A stretch of DNA of 64,000 nucleotides from Chiloscyllium plagiosum (lineage: Eukaryota). This document shows positions 1 through 12,023 of this stretch, in pieces (position 1 is the first letter of the stretch; the number at the start of each line of letters is the position of its first letter). A model generated the notes under the pieces. It did not search any database. It was not told the origin of the DNA and was given only the letters and a program-made list of their open reading frames with translations. A program made the position numbers and the translations under genes. The stretch spans positions 94,198,659 to 94,262,658 of the forward strand of contig NC_057719.1 of NCBI RefSeq assembly GCF_004010195.1, written 5' to 3'.

Positions 1-603
1 GGCTCCCGGTATTTGCCGGTTATATGGAGCAAGAGGCTCCCGGTATTTGCCGGTTATATGGAGCAAGAGGCTCCCGGTATTTGTAGTTTATAGTGAGGAA
101 GATGCTCCTGCCTTTTGAAGTTTTTAGAAAGCAAGAGTCTCCCGGTATTTGAATTTTATAAGGAGTAAGAGGCTCTAGGTATTTGAAGTTTACTGGGATC
201 AAGAGGCTGCTGGTATTTGACTTTTATAGGAATCAAGAGGCTCCTGGTATTTGAAGTTAATAGAAAGCAAGAGATTCCCAGTATTTGAATAAGAGTCTGC
301 TGATATAAGTTTATAGGGAGGAGGAGGTTCCCGGTATTTGAAGTTTATAGGGAGCAAGAGGCACCAAGCATTTGAAGTTACAGAGAGCAAGAGGCTCCTG
401 GTATTTGAAGTTCATTGGCATCCAAAAGCTGCTGGTATTTGGAGTTATAAGGAGCAAGAGGCTTCTGGTATTTGGAGTTTATAGGAAGCAAGATGCTCCT
501 GCTATTTCAGATTTATTGAATGCAAGAGGCTCCCGCTATTTGAAGTTTAAAGGGAGCAAGAAGCTCCCGGTAATTGAAGTTACAGAGAGCAAGAGCCTCC
601 CCG
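1..603. repeat. Degenerate ~33-bp tandem repeat (consensus ~GGAGCAAGAGGCTCCCGGTATTTGAAGTTTATA)
   Basis: Unit GAGCAAGAGGCTCCYGGTATTTGAAGTT recurs about every 33 bp. Confidence 0.9.
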
Positions 604-1244
604 TCATTGAGGAAATTGAGCTCCTCTCCTGGCACTATGTAAGTACGAAACAGGAGGGACCATGGATAGATTCTGGTGGGACACCAAATACAAGGAATTC
701 AGAAAGGAAAGGGAGAGTGGAGATTGAGCAGGATTTTCCAATGACAGTGAGGTCAAATATTAGTTTTCATAGAATGTGTGAGAAGGACATAACCAGGAAA
801 GACAGACAGACAGAACAAGGAGCAACATCTGTGAATCGGCAAAGGGGAGTAATGAGGAGGAGGAGGAAACAGACAGTTGGAATGTCTGAAGGGTCAAGAT
901 GAGCTCTGAGAAGGCATGACAAGAGAATGGAGAAAGACGTATTTTGAAGACAAAAACCAGGAGCACCACGTGAGACAGTTTTGCTCGGTGGGCTAGTGGG
1001 AGGAAGGGAAGCAGCAGAGGCAGCTGATCGGATTATCTCAATGTTAGTGACAGAGAAACTCCATGTGCTCCAAGTTCTTGCTGTTGGAGGGAGGATGGAG
1101 GAGACAGGATGATGGACAGTGTTTCACAAAGAAATAAAACCTGGGTTAGAGATATTTAAAATGAGCAAACAACCCTGATGTATTTAACTTTTCATCCAGA
1201 ATATTAAAACGTACAACTGAAGTCCTGGGAGTACTCAGCATCGA

Positions 1245-1677
1245 TATTTGAAGTTTAATCGGAAGCAAGAGGCTCCGGGTATTTGGAGTTTATGGGGAGC
1301 AAGAAGGTCCTGGTATTTGAAGTTATCGGGAGCAAGAGCCTTCTGGTACTTGTGTTTATAGGGAGAAAAAGGCTAGCCGGTATTTGAATTAGGGAGCAAG
1401 AGGATTCCGGTATTTGAAGTGTATTGGGATCAAGATGCTCCTGGTATTTGAAATTTCTAGGGAACAGGAGGCCGCCGGTAGTTGAAGTTTACAGAGAGCA
1501 AGAGGCTTCTGGTATTTGAAGTTTGCGTGAAGCAAGATTCGCGTGGTCTTTGAAGTTATAGTTATGATGAGGGTCCTGGTATTTGAAGTTTAAATGGAGC
1601 AAGAGGTTCCCGGTATTTAACGTTATAGGGAGCAAGAGGCTCCTGGTATTTGTACATTATAGAAGGCAAGAGGCTTC
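1245..1677. repeat. Second block of the same ~33-bp tandem repeat, running into a gap
   Basis: Same unit as 1-603. Confidence 0.9.
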
Positions 1678-2177
1678 NNNNNNNNNNNNNNNNNNNNNNN
1701 NNNNNNNNNNNNNNNNNNNNNNNNNNNNNNNNNNNNNNNNNNNNNNNNNNNNNNNNNNNNNNNNNNNNNNNNNNNNNNNNNNNNNNNNNNNNNNNNNNNN
1801 NNNNNNNNNNNNNNNNNNNNNNNNNNNNNNNNNNNNNNNNNNNNNNNNNNNNNNNNNNNNNNNNNNNNNNNNNNNNNNNNNNNNNNNNNNNNNNNNNNNN
1901 NNNNNNNNNNNNNNNNNNNNNNNNNNNNNNNNNNNNNNNNNNNNNNNNNNNNNNNNNNNNNNNNNNNNNNNNNNNNNNNNNNNNNNNNNNNNNNNNNNNN
2001 NNNNNNNNNNNNNNNNNNNNNNNNNNNNNNNNNNNNNNNNNNNNNNNNNNNNNNNNNNNNNNNNNNNNNNNNNNNNNNNNNNNNNNNNNNNNNNNNNNNN
2101 NNNNNNNNNNNNNNNNNNNNNNNNNNNNNNNNNNNNNNNNNNNNNNNNNNNNNNNNNNNNNNNNNNNNNNNNNNNNN
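1678..2177. other. Assembly gap (500 N); other gaps at 24889-24903, 35231-35730, 44114-44217, 46333-46368, 50731-51230
   Basis: Runs of N, mostly abutting tandem or simple repeats. Confidence 0.98.
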
Positions 2178-3031
2178 GGATCTGGACCAGATGGGCCAAT
2201 GGGCTGAGAAGTGGCAGATGGAGTTTAATTCAGATAAATGCGAGGTGCTGCATTTTGGGAAAGCAAATCTTAGCAGGACTTATACACTTAATGGTAAGGT
2301 CCTAGGGAGTGTTGCTGAACAAAGAGACACTTTGGAGTGCAGGTTCATAGCTCCTTGAAAGTGGAGTCACAGGTAGACAGGATAGTGAAGAAGGCGTTTG
2401 GTACGCTTTCCATTATTGGTTAGAGTATTGAGTACAGGAGTTGGGAGGTCATGATGCGGCTGTACAGGACATTGGTTAGGCCACTGTTGGAACATTGCGT
2501 GCAATTCTGGTCTCCTTCCTATCGGAAAGATGTTGTGAAACTTGAAAGGGTTCAGAAAAGATTTACAAGGATGTTGCCGGGGTTGGAGGATCTGAGCTGC
2601 AGGGAGAGGCTGAACGGGCTGGGGCTGTTTTCCCTGGAGCGTCGGAGGCTGAGGGGTGACCTTATAGAGATTTACAAAATTATGAGGGGCATGGATAGGA
2701 TAAATAGACAAAGTCTTTTCCCTGGGGTTGGGGGAGTCCAGAACTAGAGGGCATAGGTTTAGGGTGACAGGGGAAAGATATAAAAGAGACCTAAGGGGCA
2801 ACTTTTTCACACAGAGGGTGGTACGTGTATGGAATGAGCTGCCAGTGAAAGTAGTGGAGGCTGGTATAACTACAGCATTTAAAAGGCAAGTGGATGAGTA
2901 TATGGATAGGAAGGGTATACAGGGATATCGGACAAGTGCTGGCAAACAGAACCAGATTAGGTTGAGAAATCTTATTGGCGTGGACGAGTTGGACTGAAGG
3001 GTTTGTTTCCGTGCTGTACATCTCTATGACT
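2178..3031 (+). mobile_element. CR1-clade LINE (HER1-like) 3' portion, frameshifted
   Basis: ORF2 C-terminus [53 protein letters not shown]; tail CTGTACATCTCTATGACT. Confidence 0.92.
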
Positions 3032-3949
3032 ACGATGGAATATTCCCCATTTGCCCTGGATGGGTGCAGCTCCAACAACACTCAAGAAGCTAGTGGCAGT
3101 CAGGCTGATTCAGAAGCTGTTGAGTGTCGACTGATCCCACAGCCATTCACTGTTACTTTCCCCTTCCTAGTGCCAATCTACTCCCTTACTGTGTTTAAAC
3201 TCTTTGCCCTCATTAATGGATGTGCTGTACATTCATTCAAACCATCACACTGCCCAACCCTTTCAAACCTGCAGAACACCTTCGACGACACTGGCTCTTT
3301 CAGCTTAACGGGTCTGCGCTGGCGGGAAAGAGGGGCTCATCTCTGTTGATCCTATTCTCTAACTCTCAGTTCGTAGGATTTGAGACTCCAATGTGTGCAG
3401 CTCCTCATCATATTTTCAACAGTGAAAGCTTCTGCTTTTCAGGGAAACCTTCAAAAGTGAGAGCAAAGCTCCTGAACTCCCCTGCGAATCTGCGAACATC
3501 TTAAATCGAGCGCGCCCACCCTCAACAATCCCACTGACTGTCCAATTCAAAGGCTTCAGAAAAGATTTACAAAGGTGCTCAAGAAAAAAAGTCCCCGAAG
3601 TCTCACAAGCTGTTGGCTTTATTAGCTCGACACAGACTCATCGGCAGGACAAAATACAGCTCTTCAAGCCATATCGTCAGAGTCCTACTGGGGGCCAGGA
3701 TGAAGTTAATGATTGCTCTGTATTGGTGTTTGCTGAGCAGCAGGATTCTGCCAAAATATCAGGGGAGGTGTAGATGGTGGAGATGGGGTGAACATTGCTC
3801 AGGTGAATGAGCTAGTAGAAAGGTTTGACAATACAGAGATTGGAAAACATTGACTGATGTGGATGCTCAGGTTGCTGGAGGCAGGGTGGAGACAGTGAAA
3901 AGGGCTTGTCGTAAATTGCTGAACATTCCCAGACAGGGAGAGTCAGGTA

Positions 3950-4620
3950 GTACCATGAATTGGCAAGTGGAAAACGTGACTTGCCGACTGAAGAAAGGCT
4001 GTAATGACATTCTTAGCAAGCACAGTTAGTTTAATAGGAGATGTGGATGTGTTTTCAGAAACAGTGGAGGAGTTTGAATGAAGGAAGGAGGAACTGTATA
4101 AACATTGAGCCAGCAAATCACAATCTGATCGAGGTTTCTGATGAAGGAGCAGGGAAGATTGATGAAGGAAATGTGGTGGATGTTGTTCGTGGGCATCTTA
4201 AGAAACCTTTTGACAATGTGTCACATGAAAGGCTGGTGAACTACATTGAGGATCTTGGAATAGGAGCGTCAATGTTAACTTTCGACAAACAGGATAGAAA
4301 ACAGCGAATCATGGTCTGGGGTTATTTTTCAGACTGGAGGGTCAACAGGGCATTCCTCAAGTATCAGAGCTCAGGCCTCTACTTTATTTCAATGTTTAGA
4401 AACAACTTGGATGTTGGAGCACAGAGTGAAATCTTAAATTGATTGTCAACATGGAGTGGGAAACAAGTGAGGATGGTATCAATTGGCAGCAACGGGCTGA
4501 TGGAATGGAGAGCCAAGAGTTTAATACTGAGAGGGGTAAGGTGAAGCATTTTAGCAGGAGAGGTGACTCAGACTGAATTGAGAGGGCAGTCGGCAAGACA
4601 TCAGGGATCTTGAGACTCAT
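3950..4620 (+). mobile_element. Old degenerate CR1 RT fragment
   Basis: KIDEGNVVDVV..LKKPFDNVSHERLV resembles CR1 RT motif VDVIYLDFxKAFDxVxH. Confidence 0.7.
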
Positions 4621-5306
4621 AAAAATACATATGAATGCGATTTTGGAGAAGATTTGTAGCTCAGGTTGTGGATCATGTTGTAAGTTTGCTCACTGAGCTG
4701 GAAGGTTTGTTCTCAGATCTTGCTCGGTAACCCCACCAGACAGCCTCCAGTGAATCGCTGGTGTTCTGTCCCACCTTCTGTTTAAGTATCTTGGGCTGGT
4801 AAGGCGGGTGATATCATTTCCAGTTCTTTTTCTCAGGGGTTGGTAAATGGGGTCCAAATCAATGTGTTCATCAGTGGCATTCCGGTTTGAATGCCAGGCC
4901 TCCAGGAATTCCCCTGCATGTCTCTGTTTAGCCTGTCCCTGGTTGAATGTATTGTCCCAGTTGAAGTGGTGTCCTTCTTCGTCTGTCTGACAGCTGGTCA
5001 TGTCTTTTGGTGACTAGTTGATGTTTGTGTATCCTGGTGGCTAGTTTTCTGTCTGTCTGTCCGATGTAGCGTTTGTTGCATCCATCCTAGGAAAGGCTAA
5101 CCAGAGACACGCACGGAAATTCCTCGAGGCCTGGCATTCAAACCGGAATGCCATCCATAAAGGCATTGATTTGGACCCCATTTGCCAATCCCTGAGAAAA
5201 CGAACTGGAAATGATATCACCCACCCTAACAGACCACGCCACGGCAACAGAAAGTGGGACAGAACACCAGCGTTTCACCAGAGGCTCAGTGACACAGAGG
5301 CTCACC

Positions 5307-5519
5307 TAAAAATGTGTTGCTGGAAAAGCGCAGCAGGTCAGGCAGCATCCAGGGAACAGGAGAATCGACGTTTCGGGCATAAGCCCTTCTTCCTGAAGAA
5401 GGGCTTATGCCCGAAACGTCGATTCTCCTGTTCCCTGGATGCTGCCTGACCTGCTGCGCTTTTCCAGCAACACATTTTCAGCTCTGATCTCCAGCGTCTG
5501 CAGACCTCACTTTCTCCTC
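5307..5519. mobile_element. Miniature fold-back PLE insertion (family A) with 14-bp TSD
   Basis: ~80-bp perfect inverted arms centred ~5391; CACAGAGGCTCACC at 5293-5306 and 5520-5533. Confidence 0.88.
5393..5420 (+). ncRNA. Minimal hammerhead ribozyme motif
   Basis: CTGAAGA-A-GGGC-TTAT-GCCC-GAAAC-GTC. Confidence 0.7.
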
Positions 5520-5725
5520 CACAGAGGCTCACCCAGCATGGTGACAAAATGTCTGAGAACAAACCTGCCAGCTCAGCCAGCAAGCTTCCACCCTGAATGT
5601 TTAGTTCGAGGTTCACCCCCAACTGAAGCAATTTGTCCAACAGCAGAACAAGAGATGTGGGTCAAGCTGCATGAAGCAGACAAGTGGTGGCTAGAAGACC
5701 TCAATGACCTGGAGCAGCCATTTCC

Positions 5726-6160
5726 GATACAATACAGCACAGGAACAGGCCCTTCGGTCCACCAAGCCAGTGCTGATTCCGAAGCTATATTTAGACTCAC
5801 TACTTACTGCCCTTGTGCAGTTTCCATACCTCTGTCCGCCTCCTGTTCATGTGTCAATCAAACCAGGCCTTCAACATTGCTCATATGCCTGCTTCCACTA
5901 CCTCCACTGGCAGTGCATTCCAGGCACTCACCACCCTCTGTGTGAAAGAGTATCCCCACATTTCTCCCCGACATTTTCCCTCTCTCACCTTGAACCTGTG
6001 CCCTCTTGCAGCTCACCTTTCCACCCTGGGGAAAAGGACTCTGACTACCGACCCTATCTATATCTCTCGTCACCCACTCAGCCTCTCTTTCCAGTGAAAA
6101 CAATCCAAGTCTACCCAACCTCTCCTCATAACTAAAACCCTCCAGACCAGGCAACACCCC
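5726..6160 (-). mobile_element. CR1 LINE 3' fragment
   Basis: Minus LPGLEGFSYEERLGRLGLFSLE and CR1 3'UTR. Confidence 0.85.
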
Positions 6161-6577
6161 CTGGTGAAGAGAAAGGGTACCAGTGCCTCCGTTCACAACT
6201 GGCCTGCATCTGCTGTCAGCAAGGAGATGGTGCAGTTTCTGGGAAGATGCCAGAATCCTTGTTTCCTCCGCCAGTCACAACCGCCTCAGCTGTTGAGATC
6301 ATTGGAAACTCTTCATAACTCAGTCAAGGGGTAGAGTGTTAAGATCCCTTTCACGCCTCATTTATGCACTCATGTCGACATTTAACAATCCTGGAAGGAA
6401 GGTGACGTTTCCCCACCCCCTCCATCCTGCCCCAAACAAAGAGCATCTAATCCTCTTGCAAATGTCACTTGGAATAACTTCTTGAAGAAATGTATATAAC
6501 CCCGACATCTGACAAAGGGACACACATGACTAGAAGGGCAGTCGCCATAGCCAGTCTTCTGAAGATGAAATTCACTA

Positions 6578-7095
6578 ACAGTCATACAGCATGGAAACAG
6601 ACCCTCAGTCCAATCAGTCTATGCTGAAAATAATCCTGAACTCAACTAGTCTCACCTGCCTGTTCCTGGCCTACATCCCTCCAAATCTTTCCTCTCCATG
6701 TACTCACCCAAATATCTTTTAAACATTGTTACTGTACCCACATCCACCACTTTCTCAGGAAGTTCCTTTCACACACGAACCACCTTCTGTGTAAGTAATT
6801 TGCCCCTCATGTCTTTTGAAAATCTTTCTCCTTTCACCATGAACATGCGCCCCCTTGTCTTGAAATGCCCCACCCTTCAGAAAAGACACGGACCATTCCA
6901 CCTTACCTACGTCCTCATGATTTTATAAACCTCTGTAAGGTCACCCCTCCTCCTCCAGTGAAAGAAGTCCCAGACTATCCAGCCTCTCTTTAGAACTCAA
7001 ACCGTCCATTCCCAGCAATCTCCTGGTAAATCTCTTCTGAACCCTCTCCGACTTGATAATATCTTTCCTATAACAGGGCGACCAGAACTGGACAC
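6578..7095 (-). mobile_element. CR1 LINE 3' fragment
   Basis: VQFWSPCYRKDIIKSERVQKRFTR on minus strand. Confidence 0.85.
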
Positions 7096-7396
7096 TTGCT
7101 TTTACCGATCTGAGGGAGCGTTCCTTTTCGGGGATCCCATGATGTAGTCCACAAGTGGCTGTCCAGAGGGGAAGAGCACTGGAGTCAGGGGAAGTCAGGA
7201 ACGTTAGGTTCCTCAGATGGGTTACAAGCTGGATCACTGACTGATATTGACCAGTACAATAGACAGAAGACATGACTTCAGATCAGGACAAGACGACTTT
7301 GGGCCTGCAAGGTTCTCTACCAGATGCAAGTCTTGATATGTGTCCACACTTATCAGAGTGCTCTGTTAAGATCTCCTCCAACAGGTATACTCAAAC

Positions 7397-8560
7397 CATC
7401 ACAGAACAGTACAGCCCAGGAATGGACTCTTTGGCCCATGATGTTGTGCTGAACATGGGGCGCCAAATTAAACTAATTCCTCCTGCCTGCTCTTGGTCCA
7501 TAGCCCTCCATTCCTTGCATATTCACATCTTATATAAAAGCCCTCTAAATGCCCTATCGTATCTGCCCCCACCACCACCCCCTGGCAGCGCATTCCAGAC
7601 TTTGACCAATCTCTGTGTAAAAAATTTGCCCCTCACGTCTCCTTTGAACTTTCCCCCTCTCACCTCAACTGCATGTCCCCTACTATCAGACATTTCAACT
7701 CTGGGAAAAAGATTCTGACTGTCAACTCCATCTATGCATCTCATAATTTTATAGATAGTTATCAAGCCTCCCATCAGCCTCTACTGCTACTTGAGAAAAC
7801 AACCTGAGTTTTTCTAACCTCTCCTTTTAGCTCATACACTCTAATCCAGACAGCATCCTCGTAAAGCTCTTCGGCACCCTCTCCAAAGCCTCCACATCCT
7901 TACTGTAATGTGGCGACCAGAATTAAATGGAATACTCTTAAGTGCAGCCTAACCAAAGTTTTATAAAGCTGCAACATGACATCCTGACTCTTGTATTCAA
8001 TTCCTCGAACAGTAAAGGCAAACATGCCATATGTCTTCTTTATCACCCTATCTACTTGTGCGATCACTTTCAGGGGGCTATGGACTTGAACCTCAAGATC
8101 ACTCTGTACATCTGTTCAGGGTCCTTCCATTAACTGTATTCTTTTCCTTAACATTTGATCTCCCAAAGTGCAACACCTCGCAGTTACCTGGATTAAACTC
8201 CATCTCCCAGTTGTCTGCCCATATCTACAAGAGATCTATATCCCACTGTGTCCTTTGAGAACCATCTACGCTATCAACAACTTCACCAATGTTTGTGGTG
8301 TCTGCAAACTTACTAACCCACCCATCTACATTTTCATCCAAGTCATTTTTATAAATTACAAACAGCAAGAGGTCCCAGTACAGATCCCTACAGAACACCC
8401 ATTAATTACAGACCTCTGGCCAGAAAACACCCTTCTGCCACTACCCTCTGCCTTCTATGGGCAAGCAAATTCTGAATCCATGTGACCAAGTTTCCTTTGA
8501 AGGCATACATCCTGATCTTCTGGATGAGCCTACCATGAGGAGCCTGGTCAAAAGCCTCAC
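7397..8560 (-). mobile_element. CR1 LINE 3' ~1.1 kb
   Basis: YKIMR..RGGKFKGDVRGKFFTQRLVKVWNALP on minus strand, extending into RT. Confidence 0.85.
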
Positions 8561-8624
8561 TAAAAGTCTGACTGCCTGGTGTGCTAGGGAGATGGGGGAA
8601 TGAAGGGAGTCAGTTAGCACACCA

Positions 8625-8976
8625 GGATGTAAACTTCACCAGTTTCCTCATCTCCCCTCCCTCCACCTCATTCTAGATCCAATCCTCCATCTTGATGACC
8701 TGTCTCACCTGTCCATCTTCCTTCCAACAGTCCGCTCCACCCTCACCTCCCATCTATCACCATCACCCCCCCACCTGCATCTACCTATCGCCTTCCCAGC
8801 TCCCCACCCTCCAATTTATCCCTCAGCCTCTTTCCCCCTCCCACATTCCTAATGAAGGATTTGTGCCCGAAACGTCGATTCTTCTGCTCCTCTCAACCTG
8901 CCTGGCCTGTTGTGCTTTTCCAGCACCACAAGTTTTGACTCTGACTTGCCAGCATCTGCAGTCCTCACTTCCTCCT
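8625..8976 (+). mobile_element. 5'-truncated PLE (family A) with degenerate hammerhead at ~8849-8877
   Basis: Pyrimidine-rich 3' region, then CCTAATGAAGGATTTGTGCCCGAAACGTCGA and the family A terminus GCATCTGCAGTCCTCACTT. Confidence 0.75.
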
Positions 8977-9682
8977 ACATCAGGATGTCAAGTCAAGCAT
9001 CAGCCGCGGTTAGCGTTGAGCAGATTCTTGCAGAGTCTGACAAGATCAGGATGTTCTTGAAGAGGCCATTCAGCCCACCGACCGTACACTGGCTCTCTGA
9101 AGGGCCATCAAGTCAGTCCCATTCTCCTGCACCATCCCTACCAGTTTTGGGCACTTGTCAAAACAGCCTCGTAAGGAAACAAATTCCAGTTCCTTATCAC
9201 CTGCTGTGTATGTAAACATAAAAGAATTCTCCCTCTATTCCATGTTGGCCCTCAGGATCCCCATAGCTCCCCTCCCATGCCTCACCCAAATCCCAGTGGT
9301 CACCCAGAATGGTTCAATTCCTACCAAATGGGCCATCACCCTGGTTGGCCATTTACACCATGGACCTTTGGGGTGAGGCCATGCTGTTGAGCCCTTTGCT
9401 TGTGCCGAGTCGTCTTGTGAAGGATGTCTACCATCCTCAGCCAGCAGAGCCATGCCCCATGAGCCTCTCCCCATGCCAGTGACAATACCACCCCCCCCCC
9501 CCAAAACAGGGGAACCTTATGTCACATAGGGATGAGGAGCGGGGGAGTGGGTAGCCTCGCAAGTCCCGGCATATCTCAACCCAAATGTGGTGCAGCATCT
9601 GCCACCAGCTCAAGCTTGCCAGCTGCACAGAGCTCAGCCTCAAGGAGGGGCAGTTGGCAGTGCCATTGTTCTCTCCCCCCTC

Positions 9683-10915
9683 AATGTGAGTTTATTCACT
9701 TTGGTGGCAAGAACAGGAAGGCAGATTACTGTCTGAATGGTTGCAGTGTAGGAAAAAGTGAGGTGCACCGAGACCTAAGTGTCATGGTGGACCACACGCT
9801 GAAGGTTGGCAGGTGCAGGTGCAGCAGACAGTGAGGAAAGCCCATGGCACCTGCTTGCCTTCATAGTGTTGTGAACAAAGAGACCTTGGAGTGCAAATTT
9901 ATCGTTCCTTGAAAGTAGAATTGCAGGTAGATAGGATAGTGAAGGTGGTGTTTGGTATGCTTTCCTTTCTTGGTCAGAGTAGTGAGCACAGGAGTTGGGA
10001 GATCATGTTGCAGCTGTACTGACATTGGTTAGGCCACTGTTGGAATATTGCTTTCAATTCTGGTCACCCTGTTACAGGAAGGATGTTGTGAAACTTGAAA
10101 GGGCTCAGAAAAGATTTACAAGGATGATGCCACGGTTGGAGGGTTTGAGCTATAGACAAAGGCTGATTAGTCTGGAGCTGTCTTCCCTGGAGCAGAAGAG
10201 GCTGAGGGGTGACCTTATAGAGGTTCATAAAATCATGAGGGGCATGGATAGGGTAAATAGACAAGCTCTTTTTCCCCAGAGTCCAAAACTAGAGGGAATG
10301 GGTTTAAGGTGAGAGGGGTAAGATTTAAAAAGCAGCAGCACAGTGGCTCAGTGATTAGCACTGCTGCCTCTCAGCGTCAGGGACCCAGGTTCAATTCCAG
10401 CCTTGGGCAACTGTCTGTGTGGAGTTTGCACATTCTCCCCGTGTCTGCGGGGCTTTCCTCCGGGTGCTCCGGTTTCCTCCCACAGTCCAAAGATGTACAG
10501 GTTAGGGTGAATTGGCCATGCTAAATTGCCCGTACTATTCAAGGATGCATTAATCAAGGGAAATGAAGAGCAAGAGGGTAGGGGAAAGGGTCTGGGAAGG
10601 TTATTGTTCAGAGGGTCGGTGTGGACTTGGGCCAAATGGCCTGTTTCCACACTTTAAGGATTCTATGAGACCTCAGGGCCAACTTTTCACGCAAAGGGTA
10701 GTGCGTGTATGAAATGAGCTGCCAGAGGAAGTGGTGGAGGCTGGTACAATTACAACATTTATAAGGCATCTGGATGGGTACATGAGTAGGAAGGGTTCAG
10801 AGGGACGCGGGCCAAATGCTGGCAAATTGGATTAGATTAATTTAGAATATTTGGTCAGCAAGGATGAGTTGGACCGAAGAGTCTGTTTCCATGCTGTACA
10901 TCTCTATGACTCTAT
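9683..10915 (+). mobile_element. CR1 LINE fragments interrupted by a SINE
   Basis: LVRPLLEYCFQFWSP..; host resumes at ~10667 (GAGACCTCAGGGC); tail CTCTATGACTCTAT. Confidence 0.85.
10332..10666 (+). mobile_element. HE1-like tRNA-derived SINE
   Basis: A box GTGGCTCAGTG, B box GGTTCAATTCC, central GTGTGGAGTTTGCACATTCTCCCCGTGTCTGCG, CR1-like tail. Confidence 0.9.
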
Positions 10916-11150
10916 TTGAGTACTGGAGTAAGGATGTCTTGCTGCAGTGATACAGGGCCAGAGGATGGGCATTCTCGCTTTTGAGGGAGTCCAGCGACAG
11001 GTCACCAGACTGATTCCCGGGATGGCAGGACTGACATATGAGGAAAACCAGAGCGACTGGGCTAGTATTTGCTGGAATTTAGAACAGAGGGGGAGGAATC
11101 TCATAAAACATATAAATTCCTGATGGGACTGGACAGGCTGGGCGCAGGAA
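10916..11150 (+). mobile_element. Old CR1 fragment
   Basis: GAGGGAGTCCAGCGACAGGTCACCAGACTGATTCCCGGGATG resembles LExVQRRFTRLIPG. Confidence 0.65.
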
Positions 11151-11154
11151 GGAT

Positions 11155-11891
11155 TTGTTTAGAAGCTGGCATAAATCTCTCCCTTCTCTCGCAAAATGCT
11201 CAAGATTTGTGGGCGGCATGGTGGCACAGTGGTTAGCACTGCATCTACCTATTGCCTTCAATTCCCGCCTCAGGCGACTGACTGTGTGGAGTTTGCGCAT
11301 TCTCCCCGTGTCTGCGTGGGTTTCCTCCGGGTGCTCCGGTTTCCTCCCACAGTCCAAAGATGTGTAGGTCAGGTGAATTGGCCATGCTAAATTGCCCGTT
11401 GTGTTAGGTGAAAGGGTAAGTGTAGGGGTCTGGGTGGGTTGCGCTTCGGCAGGTCGGTGTGGACTTGTTGGGCTGAAGAGCCTGTTTCCACACTGTAATG
11501 TAATCTAATCTAATCTAATCTCCTTCTCTATCTGCCAGAGTTTTCTCTTGGTGTTCTTTCCTTCTGTACTGGAGAATTGCACGTGAGACAATCTATTTTA
11601 GTAAATGTCATTGCCAAGGGTAGGTTTATGGGATGCTACTGTATTGGAACAGTTACTGGTTAGTAGTTAAATAACCTATTATTCTGTTAGGTTTTCCAGT
11701 CAAGTTAAAGTTAGATCAATGCATCTTTCTTGCGTTTTACCATCTAGTAAGAATAAAGTGTGTTTTGCTTAAAACTGAGTAGTGTAACCAATCGAATTAC
11801 ATCTGGAACACAGCACCTTCCACTTGCCTTTAAGTGAGAAACAGTTGGATTCCTCGATATATGTTGAGGGAATTTAGTCTAGTCTGTAACA
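11155..11891 (+). mobile_element. 5' LTR (3' part) of Gypsy/Gmr1-like element, containing a SINE
   Basis: Shares CTGGAGAATTGC, AAGAATAAAGTGTGTTTTGCTTAAAA and ATTACATCTGGAACACAGCA with 17180-17726; ends TAACA; followed by AGGGGGCTC (tRNA-Pro PBS-like, 11894-11902). Confidence 0.8.
11211..11521 (+). mobile_element. HE1-like SINE with (TAATC)n tail
   Basis: GGCGGCATGGTGGCACAGTGGTTAGCACTGC head; central domain; TAATCTAATCTAATC. Confidence 0.9.
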
Positions 11892-12023
11892 ACAGGGGGC
11901 TCAAAACTCTTAATCCAAGTTGGGTTTCGGATTATTCGACTGAAAGACAGTGAATGGGGAGTGTTGGCATTTTCTGTTAGGTGTTTCATTCAGTTGGTTG
12001 AAACAAGGTGTGCCTTGTGTGGA

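Larger units (their letters stand above)
4643..5600. mobile_element. Penelope-like element, two 3' ends in inverted orientation
   Basis: Minus arm (4690-5001) encodes HHFNWDNT..QAKQRHAGEFLEAWHS..IDLDPIYQPL (GIY-YIG C-terminus); the same segment recurs on + from ~5085. Confidence 0.8.

Noticed and set aside
9230..9680. GC-rich segment as an exon or Harbinger-like fragment
   Set aside because: No supportable motif, ORF or termini
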